The position numbers were made by a program, and so were the translations under genes. Below are positions 12,488-25,537 of a DNA stretch of 64,000 nt, piece by piece; the first letter of the stretch is position 1, and every line of letters starts with the position of its first letter. This DNA comes from Utricularia gibba (lineage: Eukaryota; Plantae; Magnoliophyta), in NCBI GenBank assembly GCA_002189035.1, contig NEEC01000017.1, positions 1,240,001 through 1,304,000 of the forward strand, read 5' to 3'. The notes beneath the pieces were generated by a model. That model saw only the letters and a program-made list of their open reading frames with translations. It did no database searches and had not been told where the DNA came from.

Positions 12488-13811
12488 TCACAAGTTTGCT
12501 GTCGTTTCTTGTATCTCTTGCAACGAGATTTTCTGCAAAGGGGAAGTTTTGTCCAGTAAGAACTTAGTTATCCAGCTTCAAAGTACAAAGAGATGGAAGA
12601 TAAAGAAAACGAGGCCGGCAGAAGAACTCAAAGTGTAGAACATGGAAAGTAAACTGAGTTTCAAATATCATAGTTCAAACATGGAAGCTTAAGGAGACAG
12701 GGAGCAAAAAATCAGTAATCTCGTAGCATTTCATCTATCATGATTCAGACAAAGAACATTACAAAAAGAGGAAGCCTGTAGAGAAACGCAGGGGTATCTA
12801 TCCTATGAAGAAAAAGTTTGTTTGAAAAGAAGGAATGTGGGAATTGTTGGTTTTGTTCCATATACATCTGTCCTACTTAACTAAAAAGAAACTGACTTCG
12901 AAGAATATATAGTTGTACCTGCTCCTGCCCAGCAAAGTCGTTCTCAGGGGTGAGAAAAAGCATGCAGTGGCATTCCTTTCTGGAATTTACAATGCAAAGT
13001 CAGGGAGTGCGTCGCAGATAAAAGGAGTCAAAGAACTTCCCACTGATAGGCTGTCTATACACAAAAAGTTAGTGAAAACAATGAATTCATATTGGTCTTC
13101 ACCTTTCTCTCATAGGAACACAAGGGCAATTCCAAAAGCCCTGTTGTGCCTCAGCAGCCTTGTCATCGTAGTGTCTGAAACCAGGATGGTTCATATATTA
13201 AATCAAACAAAGCACAAGTTTAAGAAACATAAAAAATAAAATCAAAATAGCATTATTTGAACGAAGAAATATACCTGCAAGGGCAGAGTGGCGCACCCAA
13301 TGTATCCTTGTGCTCCGCCAATCCCTGTAAATGTATCTGAATCAGTACCATGGATCAACGATGAAAATTACAGATGAGACGCCATTTCTTCACGAATTAA
13401 CTTGGATTCATTGTTTCTTGCCAAGCATATCTTTTATAAAGACACAACTCCTGGTTTTAACTCAGGTGCCGAAAATCAAGGTCTTCAAATCACAACACCC
13501 CCATGAAATTGAAATGAATACCTTGATGACAACGGAGGTGACACCTTTGTCGACGCAGAAGTACGTTCCAGATTTCCGAGCATACTGCTCAGAGAATTTC
13601 CTCATAATTTCAACAGATTTCTCCGTAGGCTCCACTAAAATGACAACCAATGATTTCAGACGCATACCCCAATCCTGTACCCTAAAACCCATTGAAAATC
13701 ATTACCTTTCGCGACGACTCTGAAGCAACGAGAAGGGGTCAGTGGCCGCTCAACAGCCGTCGAAATACCAACAACGGAGCTGTACGCAGTTGTGGCTTGA
13801 AGAGCTTTCAT
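12488..13811 (-). CDS. FTRC: Ferredoxin-thioredoxin reductase catalytic chain, chloroplast
   Basis: MKALQATTAY transit peptide; EKSVEIMRKFSEQYARKSGTYFCVDKGVTSVVIK; APLCPCR, FWNCPCVPMRE and ECHCMLF Fe-S/disulfide motifs; ends QETTANL*; 6 exons. Confidence 0.95.
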
Positions 13812-14628
13812 TGCTAATAATCGTCAAAAGCTGAAGATCTAAAACACCACCCGGGAAATCTGCATCCGATGCAGACGATTGTAACAGATTTGGATGACAA
13901 GGTTCACCGTCAGCATGCAAATTTATCGAGAATTCGGTATTGTGAGGGACGTCCTCCGCCACTCGTTCCCCTGTATCATCAACGGATTTGCAGTCACACA
14001 ATTCAAACTTCAGAGAACAAATACAATTGGGCCGAGAAACGAGACGATTACAACCAAGGCCCGATTAGTTATGGGCCCAATTTCCAGTTTCTTGCAAGTA
14101 CTATCATTCTAGTATATAATATTTTAGTTTATTCATTAATTACTAAAAAATTGTCTAATTAGATCATCTAATTTTTACAGTTTTATGTTTTTTTTCTTTA
14201 TGATCAAAAGCTTCTCAGATGATCATCAATCCTAGAATTACTCCAGACCAAAGATTCTATGTTGTACTCAAAATTTGCAACATCATTTTAATTAAGCACA
14301 TAATCATTCATTTGTAATCTAGAAAAAATAAAATATTTGAACAAATTATTATTTAAGATATGACTATATATTATTTTTTTGATAAACTATTTTATAATTA
14401 TATTTATATAGAATATTATCAAAATATTTATAATTCAATAAAAAGTTTTATGAACTATTAAAGATAAATAATATCATATGAAATATTATCAGCATATATA
14501 TAATTCAATTTTTTTAAAAGAACAAATTCACGAAAAATTAATTTTAAAAAAATATTTTTTGAAAATAAAATGAAATAAAACATTATTGTTGCATACTGCA
14601 GAAAATTTAATAGAAGTATTTTTTGAAA

Positions 14629-15361
14629 GGGTCAATTGGGGAACTAGCCCTCTTCAAAAAACAGGTTTGCTGAATGACCCTATCTGAAAATTCTTGGCTA
14701 TTTAGCCCTACTTTTTGTAGTTATTAGCTAAATAGCCCAACTTTTAGTATAAATAAAAATAATTAATTATTGATTACGAAAAATAATAATAGAAAATCAA
14801 ATATACATTTTATATATATTTATTTATTCATTAAATTTTATATAATTAATATATAGCTAAAAATATAAATTTAAAAATTTATAGGAATCAGGTGGCTTCA
14901 CCACTCCATCCACCATCCCGCCACAGAGGTACAAGAAACGCCCCAATGGATCGGCGCAAGCACCATGAAAGGATCTGGAGACAGGTATCTCCCCCTTCAA
15001 CTCAAGCCTTCTCCACATCCTGCCTATGTCTCCATCTTGTGCCTGCACCGAGCTAACATCAAGAATCCAAGCAAGCGAAAATCAAATATACATTATATAT
15101 ATATATTTAGTTATATATTAGTTATATAAAATTTAATGAATAAATAAATATATATAAATTGTATATTTGATTTTCTATTATTATTTTTCGTAATCAATAA
15201 TTAATTATTTTTATTATACTAAAAGTTGGGCTATTTTGCTAATACCTACAAAAAATAGTGCTAAATAGTCAAGAATTTCCAGATAGGGGCATTCAAGAAT
15301 TTCCAGATAGTGGCATTCAGCAAACCTGTTTTTTGCAGAGGGCTAGTTCCCCAATTAACTC
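14629..15361. mobile_element. Pack-MULE (non-autonomous Mutator-like element with captured gene fragment)
   Basis: About 230-bp TIRs starting GGGTCAATTGGGGAACTAGCCC and GAGTTAATTGGGGAACTAGCCC; identical 10-bp TSD TTTTTTGAAA at 14619-14628 and 15362-15371; no transposase. Confidence 0.92.
14884..15075 (-). pseudogene. Captured Kelch-repeat gene fragment inside the Pack-MULE (F-box/Kelch, At1g51550-like)
   Basis: Open frame WILDVSSVQAQDGDIGRMWRRLELKGEIPVSRSFHGACADPLGRFLYLCGGMVDGVVKP with Kelch W..P..RS.H...GG pattern; no start exon. Confidence 0.75.
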
Positions 15362-15376
15362 TTTTTTGAAACGCAT

Positions 15377-17009
15377 TTAACTCATCACCGTCTTCCTAGT
15401 TTCTTCTTCTTCTTCTGCATCTTCAGTTTCCCTCTGTATCACCTCCAGCAGAAGCTCATTCCAGGCGTCGATCGGCCCCGGGAGACACCAGTGGATGCAA
15501 TCACTGTACCCCTTCATCCAGACGTTCCCCCAATGCACTCCCGGGTGCCCATCTCCCCGGCTCATCATCATCTCTGTTACATCAAGAGCTTCAAGGATTT
15601 TCATGTCGCCTCCACCTTGTTTTCTTGCGCTTTCAACTCCCTCCAATTGTGCTTTTCTGTATTCCCAATCATCCCTTTTCTCCTCGGCGTTAACTTCGTA
15701 TGGCTGCGTTCTGTTGCATCCCCCTCCTGTGTTCCAGCTCCCGTTCTCGAAATGTGCGGGGGAGTAGCTTCTCACAATCGCGAAAATCTTCCTCCGGGAG
15801 CTTCCCACGGCGGCTAGAGCAGAGGTGAATGCTTTCCTGATAGCGAAAGCTGGCCCTAAATCCGTCACGTTTTGGTCTTGGCAATAAACGCATCCGATGA
15901 GTTTACCCTGCTCGTACAAGTAGTTACGCCGGAAAAACCAGTGGGCGTCGGAGACAACGGCGTAGTCGATCGACGGAAGCTTTTCCGACCAAACGGGGTC
16001 TGGTTTATCCAAGTGTAAGTGGAAACCGCCGGTGGCGGTGCCGTTGATTACCACCGCGGCAGAGGAAACAAGAAACTGTGATCTGAGTGCTAGTAATGTG
16101 AAATTGTGATATGGGAATTCCCATTTCGCCAATGATTCGTCGTCCCCCACGTCTCTCTCCTTCTCTGCTTCTCTAGGAGACTCCGCCTGCAAAAGATGAA
16201 ATTTTGAACCACCCAGAGCAACAAGACAGAGGAAATGCAGGATCTAGAAGAGAAATTAGGCGAAAACTGTCTCTTTTTACCTTTACCATTAATGAAATTC
16301 CAACAACCCCACAAGTCGATATCAAATGTTTTCAGCAAGTTTTCAAACAAAATCGACAACAAGAAACGTCGTTCTCGAAGCATTGTTCGAATTAAACCCA
16401 GAAAAAGAACGAAGAGCTCGTTCGCTCACCATTGCCAATAAGCACAGAAGCGACTCCATTTGATTCCTCGCCAAAGAATCCCCAATAAACGCCATGGTTT
16501 TCCCCCGGAGAAGAAACAGAAATCTCTCCGGGCTAAACCTCGGCAGCTCGCATTTCTCCGGCTTCCATCTCCAGTTCAAGAAATCGCTATCCTCTCTCCC
16601 GTGAAGAAAGCAATTCCTCAAAAACGGTATCGTTTTGCAACTGTGATTTGTGTAATAGGAGCCGGAACCTCGAACCCATCTCCCCTTGAACAAATCACAG
16701 TGTTCTGGGTACAAGAAAACGAAACTCTGAGAAAGAGGGGCGACTACAGAGCACAATAGAAAGAAACACGAAAGAAAAAAATAAGGCTTGTATACCCTTT
16801 CTGGCGAAGTGGGAGCTTTGCCCTGTGCTCGGCTGTCGTTCCTCCGACCTGATGAGGAGGTGAAAGCAAAGGAGAAGGCATACCGCAAATACAGAGGTGT
16901 AGAAGAAACTAGAAGTTCTGTTGGAGACTGAAGCGGCGTTGAAGAAGAAGGTGATTTTTTTGAGGAAATTTCTGTCTCCGGAAACGGAGAACTTCGTCTT
17001 CCGATCCAT
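15377..17009 (-). CDS. TBL22: Trichome birefringence-like O-acetyltransferase (AXY4L/TBL22-like)
   Basis: N-terminal TM helix; CDLFKGRWV; GDS motif (FIGDSLARNQMESLLCLL); DxxH motif (DCIHWCLPGPIDAWNELL); 3 exons. Family certain, orthologue less so. Confidence 0.85.
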
Positions 17010-18800
17010 CACCGCTGCGGCCTGCGAGTGCGCCGCATGTCGTTCACGGTGACACTTTTCGTGCCTCCAGTTATGAACACAACAGACGCCTTATACTCTT
17101 CTTTCCCACAAAGTCCTTTTCTCCAAATTTAAAATACAAAATAATTCCAAAAACATCAATTCTTCGAGATTAGGGATTAGATTGCCATTAATCCTTAAAT
17201 CATCCCCAAAACTCCATTAACCAACGCGTTTACAAAATAGCTCCAAAGAAGTAGTTTGTTGTATAACATAATTAAAGTATTTATATTATTCAATATCTGA
17301 TTTAATTTGTAACGATCCGCGCATTATAGCACGGGTGCGCTATGCCACGTGTCATCAACTTGCAATAAATAGCGTCACCACTATGGCATGGAAACCGTTT
17401 CCTTTTTTTCTACCGAAAGTTAGCAACATGTATTTGAATAACACGTTCTATTTTAAAAATAACAAGTATTTTAAAATTTTTAAATATTTACAAAAAAAAA
17501 TCGTTTGTATTTAATAATAAAATTGCTTTTAGAACTCTTTTGCATAAGTTACTTACAATAAAAATTACATCTATATAATTTATTAGAAGCATTTTAAAAT
17601 TTCTATTTTTTTGAAATATAAAACGGCATCACATTTTATCTTTATTAGAATCTAATTTTTTAATTTACAAAAAGAAGCTTTTTTCTATATAAATAATTAT
17701 TAGACACACTTGTTTAAAAACTAAGCAATATTTTTAAACGTGACAATTAACCATACTGTTAATGATTTAGTTCAGATTTGGTAAAAACAAACGACTTCGA
17801 TCAGTACCACCAATTAATGACTTTTTTTAGATCAGTTAGGGGAGAATTTCTAAATTAGTTGTAGGCTGTGTTATACAATTATAGCATGTCATGCTAAATG
17901 AGGTAAGGTGCAGCGATTACACCATTTTTTTTCTTTTTTTTTAGTCAGAAAATTATAAATAGAATGAATTAGGGAGGAAGGTCTAGGTAGATGAGAGTGG
18001 ATGGGTGTCTATGTAATTATTGCATGACCATTATTATTTCTTTTTTTTTGGTTTTTTAAACAGATGTTTATATATACCTAATTCTTATAATTTAAGTGAT
18101 AAATATTTTATACAATGTTACTTATAATGATAAATATTTAATTTATTTAAAACGTTCCTCATTTATTTCAATTTCAAATGTTCTATATTAGTACATACAA
18201 GATGATATTTATAATTCGTTAATTTTTATGACATTTAATATGTAAAAGTGTGTGACTAATCTCAAATCTATTTGAAATTGGACATAAAATCTTAATTTTG
18301 AAATAAGGGTGCTTAGTGCGAAAGATCTCCAATGTTTATTAATAAAAATGGTATAAGTAGTTATCATTAGCATAATCGGTTCCAAAATTTTGACGTGTAT
18401 ATTTAGTCTATAACTCATGTATCAGATATGTTTAATATTCAATCTTTTTTTACTTTGAATATTTTTTATATTCACTATTTTAGGACTTTTTATAATGATT
18501 TTTATTATTTAAAAACTAAATAATCTCAATATTTTATAATTTCCGATAATATTAATTATGTGACCAATCTCAAATCTAGTGTGTTCATTAAGTAGTTTAA
18601 CTTTGTATACAAAATCTTAATTTTGAATTAAATACTGCACCTAATTCTATTTAAAACTTAAAAAAAGTATCGTTTAAGTTTTAACATTTTGTTTAAATAT
18701 ATTTATATTTGACATAGAATACATATTTCATATTCTAAATATAAAAATATTGTTAAAATTAAGTATCCGATAAATCAATTAAACATATAATGTATATAAT

Positions 18801-19311
18801 GGGGGTGTTTTACATTATTTGTAATAATTTAACTTATAAGTAGTAGTAATTATAAGTTAACTTAAAGTAAAAAATAAGTAGGAGATATTTTTTTAACTTA
18901 TTTATAAAATTTATAAGTGAAAATTAATAGTGTTTGACATAATTTTAAAAATTTGTAAATCAAAGTCTAAAATATACTTATGTTCATTTAAATGCTTTTA
19001 ATAATATAACTTATATTTATTATTTTCATATAATTATAAACCATAACTCACCACAAAACCTCAACCAAATATCTGCAAAAGAAATGTCTCGATAAAGTAA
19101 AATATATCGCATTTTATATTTCATATGAGGGTATATAAGTAATTTCATAGAATTTTTAAATTTAAATTATAATTAAGTAAATATACACCTACTTTTAAAA
19201 TACTATTTATAAATAAATTATAAATCATAATTTATAAATTAAAAAAATACTCATTTAATAAGTTTACTTATAATTTGATTAAATTATTTATAAGTTATAC
19301 AAAACACCCCC
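18801..19311. mobile_element. Tourist-like MITE
   Basis: Perfect terminal GGGGGTGTTTT / AAAACACCCCC, further subterminal complementarity (AAGTAGG.G.TATTT), and a 3-bp duplication AAT on both sides. Confidence 0.7.
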
Positions 19312-19634
19312 AATATTTGTAACCAGGTCGATGAAGTACGGTCAATATTCATTTGGCACGTTTTGTAGCAAATCATCAGGTCAACTCCTCGAATATCTCC
19401 GATTCTCCGAGTTTGTAGGTTTTCCATGGCAATGTAGTACTGAAAAATACATCCATATATCTGTCTGCAATATATGTGAGTGAGTAGTTCTTCGGCCTTC
19501 TCGCCCTCTTTGATTCTTGCCCTGAAATGGGCTCCTTCTCCTCATCTTTTTGGCCACCTTAAGAAGCCTAGAATCCATATATATATATTCTGAGGATTCT
19601 TCTCATCCATGTGGTGAACGACTTCCTCCTGGTT

Positions 19635-21143
19635 ATGGGGCAGAATCTGTCGAAGAAGGAGCTCCTTCCGCTTTCCGTCTTCAACAACTATCTTCGCATC
19701 TTAGTGTCGAAGAAACGGAGGAGGATGCTCGTCGGAGGCTACGATCTCGACATGACGTACATAACGGAGCGGCTGCTGGCGATGTCGTTCCCGGCGGAGC
19801 GTCTCCGGGCCGTGTATCGAAACCCTCTTTGGCAGGTGAAGGCCGTGCTGGATATGAGACACCTTGATCACTACAAGGTGACATTTTTTAATTGAATCAA
19901 GAACTGCTCTTTTGCTTTTTATGGGGTGGGATCCTCTCAGTCTCTTCTTCTTCAGGTGTATAATCTCTGCATCGAAGAGGATTACGATGCGGCGCATTTC
20001 CACGGCCGTGTCGAGCGATATCCGTTCGATGATCACCACGTCCCCCTATCTCTATGATCATGGAGTTCTGTGAAGATGTTCATTCATGGCTGCTGAGCGA
20101 TCCCAAAAACATTGCTGTTGTTCACTGCATGGTAAATAGTAGTAACTTCCGCTCCCATTTCCTTTTTTTTTTACTTATCTGTAACACGGCTGAGCAGGCG
20201 GGAAAGGGGAGAACCGGCCTGATGCTGTCCTGCTATCTGGTCTACACCGGCATGCCTGCGGAGAGAGCCATGGAGATGTATGCAGAGAGACGAACAACGA
20301 ACAACAATGGGGTGAGCCTTGAATCAACAGATACGTTTATCAATTACTCAGAAAATCAGCACATCAATCTCAATCCAGGTCTCAATTGCAAGCCAACGCC
20401 GGTATGCTGCATACTGGGAGAGCCTTCTCTCTTCCCAAAGACAGATTCATCCTCATAACCGGAACATCATTCTGCCGGAGCCACAAAGCAGGAAACTTGA
20501 GAGAATTCGTCTCTGCGACGTAACGAATGCGGATTCGATCTTCGTTGTGGTTAACCAACTGCAAGAGGCAATGCAAAGACAGATCTTGTGCTACTTCACA
20601 ATGGCTCATATCTTCCAGATCGCATGATACATATACTTTTTGCAAGCACAGGTTCATGGACAACGTTACCGACCTCCTTCACAAGTCTCCCTGATCTGCT
20701 GCAGACGAACTGTAACGCCCGCCATGGACGATACCCAGCCTCAGGCCGAAGAGACAACGTGCCTCACCCACCACTACGAAAAGCCTCTCCTTGTCAGTGT
20801 CTCCTCTGCTTGTGCATTCTTCCTTAGTTTCTCACGGACTGTCATCCAATGTTCAACAGGTGAGCGGCGACATCTGCTTGGCTTTCTACCAAAAAATGGT
20901 GGGTCGGCGCTTGTTTTACGTCTGCTTCAACACAGACTTTGTAAGAAGCAACATCCTTCAGGTACCATCAGTTCCAATTCTCAGATCGCAACACAGTTTC
21001 AGAATGGTGATTCGGTTGCTGTTCATCAACAGTTCTGGTTACACGATCTGGACAAAGTTGGGAAGAGGGGTCGATCGGTATGCGGGCCTTCCTTCTGCTT
21101 GGAGCTCATCTTCAGTTCTTCGACCATCAGCTTGTTGATGTAG
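19635..21143 (+). CDS. PTEN1: PTEN1-like lipid/tyrosine phosphatase (1 apparent frameshift at 20042-20046)
   Basis: LVSKKRRRMLVGGYDLDMTYITERLLAMSFPAE..YRNPLWQVK; catalytic HCM|AGKGRTG split by an intron; RRTTNNNGVSIASQRRY; C2 domain VSGDICLAFYQKMVGRRLFYVCFNT. Confidence 0.92.
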
Positions 21144-21451
21144 CAGATGCTGTGGCTGTTCAGGTTTTTTGTACATCAATGGGAGTTTCTACTTCTAATC
21201 CTCCACGGTGATTAATTAGTAATTAATCATAATTATGTAAAAATAATATAAAAAAAATTCTGCAACTAACTTTCCAATTCCACCAAATTCCTTCCCACCT
21301 ACCAAACGGACGGGAAGGTTCTTCCAAATGAAGACTTTTCCGCCACCCGTTCCATGGTTGGTTAGGATTCTGGAACCCAACAACCCACTTTTGATCTTCT
21401 CCGAATTTATATCTCCCTTATTCCGTCACTTTGTCTTGTTCTTTGGAAGAA

Positions 21452-23001
21452 ATGGACGTTTTGAAGATGGGTAGCACCGTGTTCAGCCCATGCAATAGCA
21501 GGATGTTGAGGCCCAGAGGGTATTGTGTTTGTAGGATGCGGGACGAGGGTCAATCGTTACTCTATTCCGGTCGTACGGCTCCGGCAATTCGGGCTTCCGC
21601 GACTTCTCTTGGGTATGCAAGCTCGGATCTTGCTTCGATTATGAACTGATTAATGGGTTGTTGATTGCCCTCAATTTTGAGTTGATTGAATGGGCGTGAA
21701 TTGGGGTTGGTTGCGCTTATGGAGGGATTGATAAAAGTGGTTACCTTTTTCTTGGAAAATCTCTGGTAGTCAAGTTTTTCTAACCCATGCATTTTTCTCT
21801 GAAATGACTTAATGGGGGTGAGAAAAGTTATCATTATCCTTCAGAAGATGTGGTGAAGATTGTCTCTTTTTTGAGTTGAATGGGAGTGGTATTTCTGACT
21901 TTATGTTTTCTTTCTAGAGTGCCACCTAAGATGCGAGTGGATGAGTCTCAAACTTACACACTTGATGGCATCAGAAGCTCGTTAATCAGGCAGGAAGATA
22001 ACATAATATTCAGTCTAGTGGAAAGGGCACAGTTTTGTTTTAATCCAGAGACTTATGATCCCAATGCTTTCGCCGTAGATGGGTTCAATTCTTTTGTAGA
22101 GTTTATGGTCAAGGAGACCGAAAAGCTTCACGCAAAGGTATTGTTTTTTTTTTTTTTCCAATGCCAGCATTTGGTAATCTGAAGTCTCTCTGCATAATAC
22201 AATGCGGTTCTTGTGCAGGCTGGACGGTATAAGAGCCCAGATGAACACCCCTTCTTCCCAGATGGTTTACCTGAGCCGCTGCTGCCACCACTGCAGTATC
22301 CAAGGGTAGAAGCATTTTCGTTGCTTTCTGATCTTCAGGTTGTTGTTTTCTTTGAACATGAGCTGAAAACTGTTGCAGGTTCTGCATCCTGCAGCTGATT
22401 CTATCAATATCAATGTTCAAATATGGGAGATGTACTTCAAAAACCTGCTCCCCAGGTTGGTTAGAGAAGGCGATGATGGCAACTACGGATCAGCAGCAAC
22501 ATGCGACACGATTTGCTTGCAGGTAAATGCCCACGGACATCATCGTTTTCCCAGCTCATTTTTCATGAAAATGCACCAGCAGAAGTGAAAAAGCTTCTGC
22601 ATTTATCAGGTTCTCTCCAAAAGAATCCACTACGGCAAATTCGTGGCTGAAGCAAAGTTCTGTGCCTCCCCTGATCTGTACAAACCTCCTATTCTATCTC
22701 AAGTGAGTAAACTCCACCCCTGCAGCATCCCTCTCACCCTCTTCTCTAAAACACCATTCTGCAGGATCGAGCCCGGCTGATGGAGCTCCTGACATACCCG
22801 GCAGTCGAAGAGGCGATCAAGAGAAGAGTGGAGGTCAAAACCAGGCAATACGGGGAAGAAATCCCGGTGGACGTAGATAATATAAGCAACGAGCCCATCT
22901 ACAAGATCAACCCTGTCATTGTTGCTGATCTCTTCGGGGCATGGATCATGCCATTGACGAAGCAAGTTCAGATTGAGTATCTGTTAAGAAGATTGGACTG
23001 A
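21452..23001 (+). CDS. CM1: Plastid chorismate mutase
   Basis: Transit peptide; [22 protein letters not shown]; [13 protein letters not shown]; [12 protein letters not shown]; [15 protein letters not shown]; ends [18 protein letters not shown]. Confidence 0.95.
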
Positions 23002-24186
23002 AGTTCAGACAAAACCAGCGACACCTTATGCTGTATTACATACAAAACGCCATAGCCATTCCCTTGGTGGGGGTAAACGATCTAAATGGAGCATCATCTT
23101 ATCTGGGTCTGGTAAATAGATCTGACCCACACATCCTAATGGGGTGAAGGCTGGAAGTCATATTACAATAAATAATTTGATATTCAGAAAAGAAATTAAA
23201 TATTTAAATATATATAAAAAAATTAAATAAATAATAATTGAGAGAATTTATTTTTTAATATAATATATAGTAATTGAGATAATCAATATGAATTTCATAA
23301 TTTCGGTTAACAAAAAAATAACCAAACAAAAGATGTATTAGATGTAGACAAAAAAATTAGATCAATCTATTATTTAAATATTAACTATAGTCATATAAAA
23401 AAATAAATCTTAATTGGATTAAAGATCAATTTAATTTGAAGACGTTTATTATAACAAACAATTTTATATGGATAAATTAAAATAAAATGTTTAAATATAT
23501 AAAGAATTATAAATTAATAATAATAAATTAAAACTAATTCAAGTTCTTTATGTATTTGGATTTTCCATATATTCGATTAAATAATCAAATCATTAATTTC
23601 AATAATAGTCATAAGCTAAGTTTGAAATTATCGGGCCTATACCCATAGGCCCGAAAAGGTTTTGGCCCAGAGCCCATGATAACCTCTTCTTTTACCCAAC
23701 TATCATATCAAGTTTCAATCCATGAGACTCTTGTTAAAATAATAAAATTTTTTAATTCCCATCTTTTAAATATATTTCCAAATTACATGTTAAATTTTTA
23801 TATACATAGTTGAAAATTATGTTTGTTTGAATTTAAATAAATATTATTTTTATTTAATTATATTAATGTTTTTTCGTTTTTAAATATCGAATTAATTAAT
23901 ATTTCTCATCACTTCCGTTTTAGGGTTTCCAAACAATATAATTACGAGTATATTTATTTATCCAAACCCGGTTCAATAAGTTTTGGTCAGACCGGTGACC
24001 GGCAAGCGGTTACTGTACATTAGCGAGCGGGAAGTTTTACGTATTGAAGGTGAGAGAGTTTGGGTACAGATGGGCATTCAGCATTGTATGTATGGGGCCA
24101 GACGCGTCTTTCGCTGCCGTTGTGTGTTAGTGGGTTGTCTGCACGGTATCACGGGCGTTTCTGGGCTTGTGGATTGGTTTCCTTTC

Positions 24187-25077
24187 ATGAATTCTCAGCG
24201 GCGGGGGATTTACTACGCAGCGGCGGTTGTTGTGTTTCTGGCAGTTCTTCTGCCGGAGACGGCCGCCGTCCGCTACATGGTTGGAGGTAGCTCCTTCTGG
24301 AGTTCGAATGTCAACTACACCATTTGGGCTCAAGACAAGCATTTCTACAACGGGGATTGGCTCTGTATGCTTCTCTGTTTACTTTTCGTCTTGTCTTTTA
24401 TCATTGAAGTGATTCTTTAGCGTCCAGCTCCAGCTTGTTTGTTTGGATCTACTGTTTCATCTCTCTGGGCGTTGAGAATGAGATAATGTATCCCTTTACT
24501 GGTCGCATTCACCTTGATCTGATTGCTTCTAATATTGCTGGTTTTTGAGGCAACATCATGTCTTGGTGATTTTAGAATTGTAAGATTTTAATATTTGCCG
24601 GTTTGTTTTCAAACTGGGGTTTGAAATCCAGTTTGGCACCATGGTTTTAGGAAATGGGCTTCTGGTTTTAGAGACATTGTGTGTGTTGTGGTGAATGGGG
24701 CACTGGGATTCAACTCAATCTTCTTGCTGTTCACAAGCTCTTGCATTTCTGTTGCAGTTTTCGTGTATGACCGGAACCAATACAGTGTGCTGGAGGTAAA
24801 CAAGACCAATTACATCAACTGCAATGAAGCTCATTTTCTCCACAACTGGACTCGGGGCGCAGGTCGCGATGTGGTGCCACTAAACGTGACAAAAACTTTC
24901 TACTTCATCAGTGGCCATGGCTTCTGCTATGGAGGAACCAAGGTCGCAGTCCATGTCAGAAATCCCCCACCGCCGTCGTCGTTGTCTGAAAACAGCGGCA
25001 ACAGTCTGCTTCTCAGTAGCCGCATCTTGGTGCCGGTGACTGGTTCGCTACTCGGCGCTCTCCTCTTGGTCTTGTAA
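24187..25077 (+). CDS. ENODL17: Early nodulin-like phytocyanin (ENODL17-like), likely GPI-anchored
   Basis: Signal peptide; NYTIWAQDKHFYNGDWL|FFVYDRNQ..NWTRGAGRDVVPLNVTK..FCYGG; hydrophobic C-terminus; 2 exons. Confidence 0.88.
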
Positions 25078-25127
25078 GCCCCCTCGAGGGTGCATGACGA
25101 AACCAATGCCTGTAACGGGCCACCGCC

Positions 25128-25179
25128 AATTCAGATTCAAATTCAAATTCAAATTCAGATTCAAACTCAAATTCAAATT
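25128..25179. repeat. (ATTCAA)n hexamer microsatellite in the ENODL 3' region
   Basis: About 8 slightly degenerate ATTCAA/ATTCAG units. Confidence 0.85.
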
Positions 25180-25537
25180 TTGTGATGTGTTGTTGCACTC
25201 CCATGGCGGGCATGGTCATGTTACTAGTTATGTACAAGGTTATACCGGTAAAAATGACATAAAAAGCATATAATATATTAACCCAAAGTTTTTTGGGGTA
25301 ATAACTGAAAAGCAAAACATTCTTACAAATTTGTCTATTTTGTAGTAATAAATTGGAGTAAGAACTGGACACATGCTCCCTGTCACCTAACAACAACAAT
25401 CACTAGTTGATACAGAACAAGGGATGTGTTCAGCCACATGTTTTGCAGAAGAGATTTATCTAATACATGGTTTATTGTGTTGTTTCTGTTGCCCCAAGTG
25501 CGAGAAATGAGTGTATGTGTATAGTGGTGACTTCCCC

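Noticed and set aside
18200-18640. Degenerate direct repeats (TGTGAC.AATCTCAAATCTA twice)
   Set aside because: Too short and AT-rich to define an element; not a regular spacer array
25013-25399. ORF with FEFEFESEFEFE tract
   Set aside because: Translation of the (ATTCAA)n microsatellite on the antisense strand
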